DNA from: an uncultured Clostridia bacterium
GTDB lineage: Bacteria > Bacillota > Clostridia > Christensenellales > UBA1242
Assembly: GCA_944349375.1 (NCBI GenBank)
Contig: CALVMV010000002.1
Location: 106,899-170,898 of the forward strand
Direction: 5' to 3'
Length of the DNA stretch: 64,000 nucleotides
Shown here: one piece after another, positions 1 to 7,117 of the stretch
Layout of the letters: every line of letters begins with the position of its first letter
How positions within the stretch are numbered: the stretch's first letter is position 1
Translations under genes and position numbers: made by a program
Notes under the pieces: model-generated
The model's database searches: none
What the model was told of the DNA's origin: nothing
The model's input: only the letters and a program-made list of their open reading frames with translations

Positions 1-640
1 ATCCACTAATTTCAAAATCTTTAGAACCTTGAACATAGATTTTGTCTTGAGCATTAATTGTTGCAGTTCCTTCATAAGTGAAAGTTTTGTTTTCTCTATC
101 AACATAAATGATTTTTAATTGACTTGCTGTTTTAGAGTTTGCTGTATAAACATCTACAAGCATACCTTCAATAAGGTTATTAACCTTATCACAAGTTACA
201 GTTTGTCCTGATGCACTAGAAACAGTTGCAAGCAATCCTGTTCCATCGCCGTAAAGCATTCTGCCAAGATTGAAAGCACTTGCTTTTACAAGCCCTTCCA
301 TTTCATCAGAAAGAAGATTTACAAAAGCCCCTAAATTGTTTGCAGAAGCTCTAATAGCCTTGTCTGAAAGTTCAATTTTCCCATATAAATTTTTTAATTC
401 TGCGCTAAATTGCACATAACTATTTCCAGAAGATTTAGGTAAAGTTGCAGTTTCGCTACCAGCACCAATCCCGCCGTTAATACCGAAAGGTGCAAGTTTT
501 TTAATTTCTTTACCCCAAACATCTTTGCTAGATCTTTTTATTTTAGCCAAAAGTGGATTTGCATTTACATTAAGTTGATTTGCAACAACACCAAGGTAAA
601 CATTTTTCAAAGCACTTTCAGCAGAAGTTAAAGTTACCAT
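1..640 (-). CDS. phage major capsid protein, N-terminal part (3' end lies beyond the window edge)
   Basis: My own minus-strand translation starts at the ATG ending at 640, with AAGGAG 6 nt upstream. It reads MVTLTSAESALKNVYLGVVANQLNV...GRMLYGDGTGLLATV and stays open to position 1. The gene follows portal and scaffold, the canonical capsid position. It is absent from the ORF track because it runs off the edge. Confidence 0.6.
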   Translation of the reverse strand, partial: MVTLTSAESALKNVYLGVVANQLNVNANPLLAKIKRSSKDVWGKEIKKLAPFGINGGIGAGSETATLPKSSGNSYVQFSAELKNLYGKIELSDKAIRASANNLGAFVNLLSDEMEGLVKASAFNLGRMLYGDGTGLLATVSSASGQTVTCDKVNNLIEGMLVDVYTANSKTASQLKIIYVDRENKTFTYEGTATINAQDKIYVQGSKDFEISG

Positions 641-722
641 AATACACTCCTTTTTTCGAAAATTTAAAGTTTTTTGTTAAAAATAAAGTCGAAAATCAAT
701 AATTTTATTAAAAATTCAAAAA

Positions 723-1367
723 TTAACTGAACATCTTGTTAACTATTTCTTTAGCTTCAGCTAAGGAAGATGGGGTGTCAATAGAAATGCTCGACACCCT
801 TTCCCCGCCTTGAGAAGAAATAACATAAGGTGGTTTATGCGTAGCTAGGTCGCTAATATAATCTTGAATAACTTGATTTCGAACTTGTGAGTCCGAAAGA
901 ACATACTTGTTTACAATCGGATCGTTAACTTTTTGATTAGAGCTAGTTAAATGCTCTAAAACAACCCTTGCCCATGCGACTTGATAAGGGTCTGATGAAG
1001 AAGAATTTAATTTTTCTTTAATTTCTTCTTCAAAGCTTTTTGCATCAGCATTTGCATCAAGGAATGAATTTAATTTTGATATTTCTTCATCATTATTTGA
1101 TGAATTTGTGTCAGCTGAATTGTTATCGCTTTCAGCTTCTACTTGATTTTCTTTTTCCATTTTGTCTTTTTGCAATTGACTAAGCAATTGACACTTTTTA
1201 GTAAATTCACTTTGCAAATTGTTATAGGCCTCTAACAACTTCTCTGCCGACTTAAATTTACCAAAAGTATCGTGAGAGCCGACCTCACTCACAGCACTAT
1301 CACCATCCGTTATATTTATAACATTTGCCGGTTCCTCTGTCGGTTGTTCTCTAATTTCTTCTTCCAT
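723..1367 (-). CDS. phage scaffolding-like protein (acidic, coiled-coil)
   Basis: Lies between portal and capsid. The protein is highly acidic and helical (EEEIREQ..., DNNSADTNSSNNDEE). The ATG at 1367 is preceded by GGAGG and overlaps the portal stop (GGAGGTTAATATG). The track start at 1379 is a TTG inside that RBS. Confidence 0.45.
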   Translation of the reverse strand: MEEEIREQPTEEPANVINITDGDSAVSEVGSHDTFGKFKSAEKLLEAYNNLQSEFTKKCQLLSQLQKDKMEKENQVEAESDNNSADTNSSNNDEEISKLNSFLDANADAKSFEEEIKEKLNSSSSDPYQVAWARVVLEHLTSSNQKVNDPIVNKYVLSDSQVRNQVIQDYISDLATHKPPYVISSQGGERVSSISIDTPSSLAEAKEIVNKMFS

Positions 1368-1368
1368 A

Positions 1369-3213
1369 TTAACCTCCAATTTGATTTTTGTGTTCTTTAA
1401 TATGATTTAAAAAGATCTCTTCTAATTTTTCATTTTTTGATTTAGCTTTTTCATAGTCTTGTCCAAGCATGAACGCAATATGCTCATTTAAATGCAACTT
1501 ATGTTCATCTATTTCCATAACTTTGCAGACAACTCCATCTAACATTTTCAAATTTTCACTACCAGCTTTTTTTATATGCAATTCATTGACATCTAAGGCA
1601 TTTTCCCAAATTCCCATACCAAGCATTTCTAAAATTTTGCTTTTCATTTTGTTAGATAATTTGCCTTCTTCATTTTCTAAAATTCCATTTTCTAATAATT
1701 TGAAAACCATATCTCGCTTTTGAGATGGACTATTTAAGTTTTCAGTATGAGCAGAAAGAGAAATATCATCACTCGTAATATCACAACTAGAGAAATAAAA
1801 CATTTCAATATTTCCATTTTCACCAATTATTTTTGCAAGTCTTGGGAAAAGTGCAAATTGTTTGTAAAGTCTTAAAATATATTCAGCTATTTTTTTTGTC
1901 GCCTCTTTTAAACTTTCACTTGTTGCATTGAGCCTAGCTTCGTCTTGACTAATCATAAGTTCCAAAGCAACACCACTAATATTAGCCGAAGCATAATCAG
2001 TTCCTAAGGCTTCACTAACCCCACTAATTTTAGTAAATTCCTCTAAAAGTTTTTCTTCTTCACTTTCAATCCCACTTGGCAATGATTCTCCTTCAAGAAA
2101 TTTAGGAGCAATAGAACCTTGCCTATAAACTAAAATTTTACCAGGGCAAAGACCTTCATCTTCAAGATTGTCAAGATCAACAGAACCATCTTCAACACTT
2201 AAAACTCCCATAGAAAGTCGATTGACAAATTCATGCTTTCTATTTTTTATGGCATTGTAAGCTCTTTGGACAGGGATTAATCTCTCAATAATGCTAGTTC
2301 CCCAAAAACATCCAGGCTCTTCTGTGCAAGTTTGTCTAATAAAAGGAAAATCTCTTTGTCCATCTGCACCTACTTTGTAAGGCAAAACTCCATCATAAAC
2401 AAGTTTGTCGCCAGCAATGATAACAAGTCGCCCATCAGGGTATTCTTCGGTAGGCTTAGAATATCTTTCAATAACGATAGCACTATTATTTTTCGTTTGT
2501 TCAATTATTTTAGGAACAGTTCCATTAAAGCCAAGCCCACCAACTGAAACATTTGCCCCATCCAGCGAAAAAATGTTAACTTTTTTGCCTTCAACTTCTA
2601 CTCCATACATTTTTTTTATTTGCTCTGTAGTATAAACTTTTGCATGAATAATGCTTTGACATTCTTCAATACTTTCACAAACAGGCGAATCAGGATAAAT
2701 TTCAAATGGACTTATAACAGAGATTTCAATTTCTCCACTTTTAAGATTTTTCCCTTTTTCATCTCTGCCAACAATCATTCCCCCTTCGTTATTCCAGCCA
2801 ACTTTATAAAAAACACTTCCACAAACTTCAGACCACTTTAAAGCTTTGTTTATAAGAGCGTCTAAATTAAGTTTGCTTTTGACTGATTCAAATATTTTCT
2901 TTGAAACTTTAGCAGATTCTTTATCTCTTTCGTCATTTGTTGCGGGTATGATAGAAATTTCAGGTTTTATTTTTGAAAGTTTAGAATATCTAATATCAAA
3001 TATAGGAGCTATATGATTAAAAACTTCTCTTTCTTGCCAAAAGAATTGCCTTTCATTTTCTTCGATTCCGCCATAGCCAACATTGCAATATTGGTTGCCC
3101 ATAAGAAAATTCATATTTAATTTCCAAATTAGGTCAAAACTTTTTCTAGCTTCTGCTCTTGCAGAAAAATCATCTAATACTTCTTTTACTAATTTACTAT
3201 TATCCTTCTTCAT
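1369..3213 (-). CDS. phage portal protein
   Basis: A 614-aa ORF upstream of scaffold and capsid. Size, position and N-terminal pattern (FLMGNQY, FFWQEREVFNHIAPI) are typical of portals. No Walker A motif is present, so it is not a terminase. RBS GAGGGA. Confidence 0.6.
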   Translation of the reverse strand: MKKDNSKLVKEVLDDFSARAEARKSFDLIWKLNMNFLMGNQYCNVGYGGIEENERQFFWQEREVFNHIAPIFDIRYSKLSKIKPEISIIPATNDERDKESAKVSKKIFESVKSKLNLDALINKALKWSEVCGSVFYKVGWNNEGGMIVGRDEKGKNLKSGEIEISVISPFEIYPDSPVCESIEECQSIIHAKVYTTEQIKKMYGVEVEGKKVNIFSLDGANVSVGGLGFNGTVPKIIEQTKNNSAIVIERYSKPTEEYPDGRLVIIAGDKLVYDGVLPYKVGADGQRDFPFIRQTCTEEPGCFWGTSIIERLIPVQRAYNAIKNRKHEFVNRLSMGVLSVEDGSVDLDNLEDEGLCPGKILVYRQGSIAPKFLEGESLPSGIESEEEKLLEEFTKISGVSEALGTDYASANISGVALELMISQDEARLNATSESLKEATKKIAEYILRLYKQFALFPRLAKIIGENGNIEMFYFSSCDITSDDISLSAHTENLNSPSQKRDMVFKLLENGILENEEGKLSNKMKSKILEMLGMGIWENALDVNELHIKKAGSENLKMLDGVVCKVMEIDEHKLHLNEHIAFMLGQDYEKAKSKNEKLEEIFLNHIKEHKNQIGG

Positions 3214-3215
3214 AA

Positions 3216-3440
3216 TTATCCCTCAACTTTCTTTTTAAGTTTTTTGCCATATTTATATGGACTCTCAATAGGTTTAGGAGTTTGCGTTTTTGCTAATGCT
3301 TCATACATACCTTTTAAACATTCTTCACAAAAACATAAATCTTTTTTTATAAAACCTTTTGTTGCAAATGAAAATTTTGCCCAATTAGAGCAACCAGCAA
3401 AATCGCATTTTGTCAAACTTTTGCATTGACTAACCTTCAT
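3216..3440 (-). CDS. small Cys-rich (zinc-ribbon-like) phage protein
   Basis: A 74-aa ORF with Cys pairs (CKSLTKC, CFCEEC). It has a GGAGGG RBS and overlaps both neighbours, so it appears translationally coupled within the phage module. Confidence 0.4.
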   Translation of the reverse strand: MKVSQCKSLTKCDFAGCSNWAKFSFATKGFIKKDLCFCEECLKGMYEALAKTQTPKPIESPYKYGKKLKKKVEG

Positions 3441-3774
3441 CTTTGCCCTCCTTTAATAATTGTAAAAGTCGCTTTTCTTCTAATTCTAGTTCTTCATCAC
3501 TCATAAGAGAAAGCCTTTCTTGATAAGTCTTGTAATATCTTTCTAACAAAATTTTTACAGCGCTAACATCAGGCGCAAAATGTTTTTTTGTTACTTTTTT
3601 CTTAACCAAGACCTCTTCGCCTTCTTCTAACGAATACTCTTCAATAGTTTCGCTAGCACTATAGCCTAAGGCTTTTTTTAAAAGAGCTTTTTTTATTTTG
3701 TCTTCTTCATCCACTTTGCTCCTCCCTTGGCAACTTTCAAGCGTATTATAAATAGAAGACAAAAGCAGTTTCAA
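3430..3774 (-). CDS. terminase small-subunit-like protein, possibly N-terminally truncated
   Basis: The central segment KKALGYSASETIEEY...VKKKVTKKHFAPDVSAVKILLERY resembles the conserved core of Firmicute phage small terminases. No N-terminal HTH-like segment is visible. It occupies the first position of the head module. Confidence 0.35.
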   Translation of the reverse strand: MKLLLSSIYNTLESCQGRSKVDEEDKIKKALLKKALGYSASETIEEYSLEEGEEVLVKKKVTKKHFAPDVSAVKILLERYYKTYQERLSLMSDEELELEEKRLLQLLKEGKDEG

Positions 3775-3853
3775 ACCTTACTGCCAAATTTTTAAAATTT
3801 TTGTAACACCACAAAAAAAACAAACTAAACTGATAATGTAGAGGTCATACTAA

Positions 3854-4609
3854 ATGGAAAAGTTTTTACAATACCGAAATCTAAGTTATTATTATCAAAC
3901 AAAAGAAAGCAAGATTCACGCCCTTGATAATGTAAATTTTTTTGTAGAGAAAAAAAATTTTGCATCAATTGTCGGCCCAAGTGGATGCGGAAAAACAACA
4001 ATGCTTTCACTGACTGCAGGCTTACTTGAACCAACAAGCGGAGAAATTTTGTTAGAAGGCAAAAAAATTGAAAAAAATGATTCACGAATCGGTTATATGT
4101 TTCAACGAGACCACTTATTTGAGTGGCGTAGCATTTGGCAAAATATTATACTTGGTCTTGAGTTGCAAAAAAAACATAAAGACGAAAAAGCGTTATCTTT
4201 TGCTGATGAATTATTAAAAAAATATGACCTTTACAATTTCAAAAACAAAAAACCTCGCCAACTTAGCGGAGGAATGCGACAAAGAGTAGCTTTAATAAGA
4301 ACATTAGTGCTAAATCCCTCTCTCTTATTACTCGACGAACCTTTTTCGGCACTAGATTTTCAGACAAGACTAAAAGTTTGTGATGATGTTTATGAAATAA
4401 TAAAAAGTGAGGAAAAAACAGCATTGCTTGTTACTCATGATATATCAGAAGCATTAAGCATGTCTGACCAAATAATAATATTATCATCTAGACCAGCCAC
4501 AGTAAAAAAAGAAATAAAAATAGATTTTGAAGGTTCGACTCCGCTAAAAAAACGTGAGGACAAAAATTTTGGCAAGTATTTTGAATCAATTTGGAGAAAT
4601 CTTAGCTAA
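3854..4609 (+). CDS. ABC transporter ATP-binding protein (nitrate/sulfonate/taurine NitT/TauT-type)
   Basis: Walker A GPSGCGKTT, signature LSGGMRQR, Walker B LLLLDEP and the H-loop THD are all present. Confidence 0.88.
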   Translation: MEKFLQYRNLSYYYQTKESKIHALDNVNFFVEKKNFASIVGPSGCGKTTMLSLTAGLLEPTSGEILLEGKKIEKNDSRIGYMFQRDHLFEWRSIWQNIILGLELQKKHKDEKALSFADELLKKYDLYNFKNKKPRQLSGGMRQRVALIRTLVLNPSLLLLDEPFSALDFQTRLKVCDDVYEIIKSEEKTALLVTHDISEALSMSDQIIILSSRPATVKKEIKIDFEGSTPLKKREDKNFGKYFESIWRNLS

Positions 4610-5412
4610 TGAAACCTAAAATGAATTATTCAAAAGCTCATGCAAAATATATAAAAAAACTAAAAAAAGAAAAAATAATAATAAAATTTTGGCAAGTAAT
4701 AGTTATAGTCGGATTTTTAGGATTATGGCAAATATTAGCAGATACTGGAGCAATTGACCCATTTTTCTTTTCAAGCCCATCGCGAATTTTTAATAGCATA
4801 ATCGAATTAGGTCAAAGTGGAACATTGTTTTATCATATATGGACATCACTTTACGAAACTATATTAGGCTTTATTCTCGCAACAATAATTGGAGTATTAA
4901 TAGCAATTGCATTATGGTGGAGCGAAAGGCTAAGAAAAGTCATGGAGCCATATTTAATAATTTTGAATAGCTTACCAAAGATTGCTCTAGGGCCTATGAT
5001 AATTTTATGGGTTGGCTCGGGAACAAAAGCGACGATAGTTATGTGCGTATTAATTTGTATAGTAATAACCATAATATCAATGCTAAATGCTTTCATTTCA
5101 TGTGATAGCGATAAAGTGCTTCTAATGAAATCAATGCACGCAAACAAACTGCAAATACTTTTCAAACTCATCTTGCCAAATGCCCTACCTGATTTTGTTT
5201 CAGTATTAAAAATAAATGTAGGAATGAGCTGGGTAGGAACAATAATGGGAGAATACTTATCAAGTAAAGCTGGACTGGGATATTTAATAAATTATGGCAG
5301 TCAAATGTTACAATTAGACATTGTAATGGCAAGTATAGTTATATTATGTTTGCTTGCAGGCGGAATGTATGGATTAGTTGTTCCATTTGAAAAAAAATGT
5401 AAAAGAAACTAA
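4609..5412 (+). CDS. ABC transporter permease (NitT/TauT family, SsuC/TauC-like)
   Basis: A multi-TM protein whose start overlaps the ATPase stop (TAATG). It has the binding-protein-dependent permease layout. Confidence 0.85.
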   Translation: MKPKMNYSKAHAKYIKKLKKEKIIIKFWQVIVIVGFLGLWQILADTGAIDPFFFSSPSRIFNSIIELGQSGTLFYHIWTSLYETILGFILATIIGVLIAIALWWSERLRKVMEPYLIILNSLPKIALGPMIILWVGSGTKATIVMCVLICIVITIISMLNAFISCDSDKVLLMKSMHANKLQILFKLILPNALPDFVSVLKINVGMSWVGTIMGEYLSSKAGLGYLINYGSQMLQLDIVMASIVILCLLAGGMYGLVVPFEKKCKRN

Positions 5413-6398
5413 TTTTTTAAAATTTTTAAAGACTTTTTAGTTACAAAAGAATTTGTAATAAGAAAGAAAATAAGAACATTAATAGAGAAAACGCTTGCTA
5501 TAGGTTCTAAAAAACTTACAATAAACGAAAAGCCAAACAAACTAACTATTAATGGAATAACAATAGCAATAAAATAAAGCAATAATTTATTAGTTATGAC
5601 ATTTTCAAGAGAAATTCGAAAATTAAAGGTCAAAGAGCAAAGAGAAGTTAAAGCTCCCAAAAAGATTACGATTTTTAACGCCAAGTTTTGCCAACCATAA
5701 AAAATTGACAAAAACGGCATGATGGAGTTAAAACTATCTTGATTTTGAAGTAAAGTAAAATTTGCGCAAAGCAAGATAATCGAAAGCACGAATGCCGATA
5801 AAAAGGCAATTCGTGTTTTTTGTTTAGAATGCAAATTCTGCCCCAATTTAGAAATAACAAGACAATTATTTGCTCCATTCAAAGCACAATATAAAAGACT
5901 ATAAAAAATAGAAGGAAAAGGCAAAGAAGTTAAAAAATTTGCTTGAAAAGAAAAGCTAAATTTATTAAATAATAAAACAATAAACAAAAGGCACATAAAA
6001 GGAACAAAAATTTTATTAAAATTTGAAAAAACAGAAAATCCATTTTTTAAAATAAATACACACAAACAAACGACTATAGCTAAAATCAATATTTGAAAAA
6101 CAAAACTTATTTCAAAACATTCTCTAATACAAGCAAACATAACTGCTGAAAAAATTATGCAGTTTGCTATATTGAAAATCAAAAATAATTTAGAAGATTG
6201 AATTTTCTTTAATGCTAATGTGGATACATTTAATAGAAATTTAAAAATTAAAAAGAAAAAAATAAAAGCTAAAAAAATTGCAAGATAAGACCATTGCCCA
6301 AATTGAGAAAAGAAAATAACTATTTCTTTCCCGCTAAAAAAACCACACCCAAGAATTGTTCCAACAATAGTTAAAAACACCCCAAATTCATTTAACAC
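5409..6398 (-). CDS. YkvI-like polytopic membrane protein (putative transporter)
   Basis: The N-terminal motif VGTILGCGFFSGKEIVIFF resembles the GAGFASGQEI motif of the YkvI family. About 10 hydrophobic segments. GTG start without a clear RBS, so the start is uncertain. Confidence 0.5.
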   Translation of the reverse strand: MLNEFGVFLTIVGTILGCGFFSGKEIVIFFSQFGQWSYLAIFLAFIFFFLIFKFLLNVSTLALKKIQSSKLFLIFNIANCIIFSAVMFACIRECFEISFVFQILILAIVVCLCVFILKNGFSVFSNFNKIFVPFMCLLFIVLLFNKFSFSFQANFLTSLPFPSIFYSLLYCALNGANNCLVISKLGQNLHSKQKTRIAFLSAFVLSIILLCANFTLLQNQDSFNSIMPFLSIFYGWQNLALKIVIFLGALTSLCSLTFNFRISLENVITNKLLLYFIAIVIPLIVSLFGFSFIVSFLEPIASVFSINVLIFFLITNSFVTKKSLKILKN

Positions 6399-6447
6399 AA
6401 AATAATTTATTAAAATTTGTGTAATAAAATAACAAAAAGGAGAAAAA

Positions 6448-6666
6448 ATGTACTTAAATTATTACAGACAAGGCTCTTTTGTTGACCTACGCTCTTGCCA
6501 TAATTGTTTCAATGGTTGTTTGTTTCCATCTCCATCATTTGCTTGTCCATCGTTTTGTCCATCACAGTGTTCTCTCTGCCCCTGCACCAATAATATTTGT
6601 CCAAACATAAATACGATATATTTTTTAACAGGTGCTCTGTTTGGAAGTTGTATTTTTAGAAAATAA
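6448..6666 (+). CDS. small Cys/Pro-rich protein (72 aa), function unknown
   Basis: The ATG is preceded by a near-perfect RBS (AAAAAGGAGAAAAA). About 10 Cys fall in patterns such as CHNCFNGC and CPSFCPSQCSLCPC, with a hydrophobic C-terminus. The antisense ORF has only a TTG start and no RBS. Confidence 0.4.
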   Translation: MYLNYYRQGSFVDLRSCHNCFNGCLFPSPSFACPSFCPSQCSLCPCTNNICPNINTIYFLTGALFGSCIFRK

Positions 6667-6815
6667 AAAGACACCAAAATCTAAAAATTTTTATATAATC
6701 TTAAAATTTATAAAAAAACAATTTAAAACATAACAACTTTAATATAAGAAATCTAAAAGCATAAAAAACGAAAATTCTACAAACAAAAAAAATAAAAAAA
6801 TAAAATCTAAAATAA

Positions 6816-6858
6816 AAAAGAACTCAATTTAACCCTATGGATTAATTAAGAGTTCTTT
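6816..6858 (-). terminator. Rho-independent terminator of the LRR/coiled-coil operon
   Basis: Inverted repeat AAGAACTC ... GAGTTCTT, followed on the minus strand by a T-run. It lies just downstream of the stop at 6872. Confidence 0.55.
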
Positions 6859-6871
6859 AATTTTAAAATAA

Positions 6872-7117
6872 TTAATTTTTGTTTTTTAATAATTTCGCTT
6901 TTTCTTTTAATTGAGACACTTCTTTTGCTAGATTTTCGTACATTAAAATGCTTTTGTTCATCTCATCTTGAATTTCTTGCGTTAAACTTTTCATTTTCTC
7001 TGCACGAGTAAGAATTTCTTCTTTTTGAAATTCTAATGCTTCCAAATCTTTTAACTTTTCTTGCAACAACACATCAATTTTGATCCATTCTTCCAATTTT
7101 TTTTTGTTATCTTTCAT
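6872..7117 (-). CDS. small coiled-coil protein (81 aa), translationally coupled to the LRR protein
   Basis: The ATG has an AAGGAG RBS inside the last codons of the upstream gene, with an 11-nt overlap. The sequence is K/E/L-rich with a heptad character throughout. Confidence 0.5.
   Translation of the reverse strand: MKDNKKKLEEWIKIDVLLQEKLKDLEALEFQKEEILTRAEKMKSLTQEIQDEMNKSILMYENLAKEVSQLKEKAKLLKNKN

Larger units (their letters stand above)
1..3800 (-). mobile_element. phage-derived head-morphogenesis module (prophage remnant or satellite-like element); right boundary near 3775-3853
   Basis: Five tightly packed or overlapping minus-strand genes run TerS-like, Cys-rich, portal, scaffold, capsid. 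The cluster is followed immediately by an unrelated ABC transporter on the other strand. Confidence 0.5.

Noticed and set aside
3825-4085. An 86-aa minus-strand ORF overlapping the 5' end of the ABC ATPase gene.
   Set aside because: It is antisense to a CDS that carries clear Walker A and signature motifs. It has no RBS and its product is low-complexity.
6462-6677. A 71-aa minus-strand ORF opposite the Cys-rich ORF.
   Set aside because: It has only a TTG start and no SD sequence, whereas the plus-strand ORF has a near-perfect RBS and ATG. At most one of the two can be real, and I favour the plus strand.
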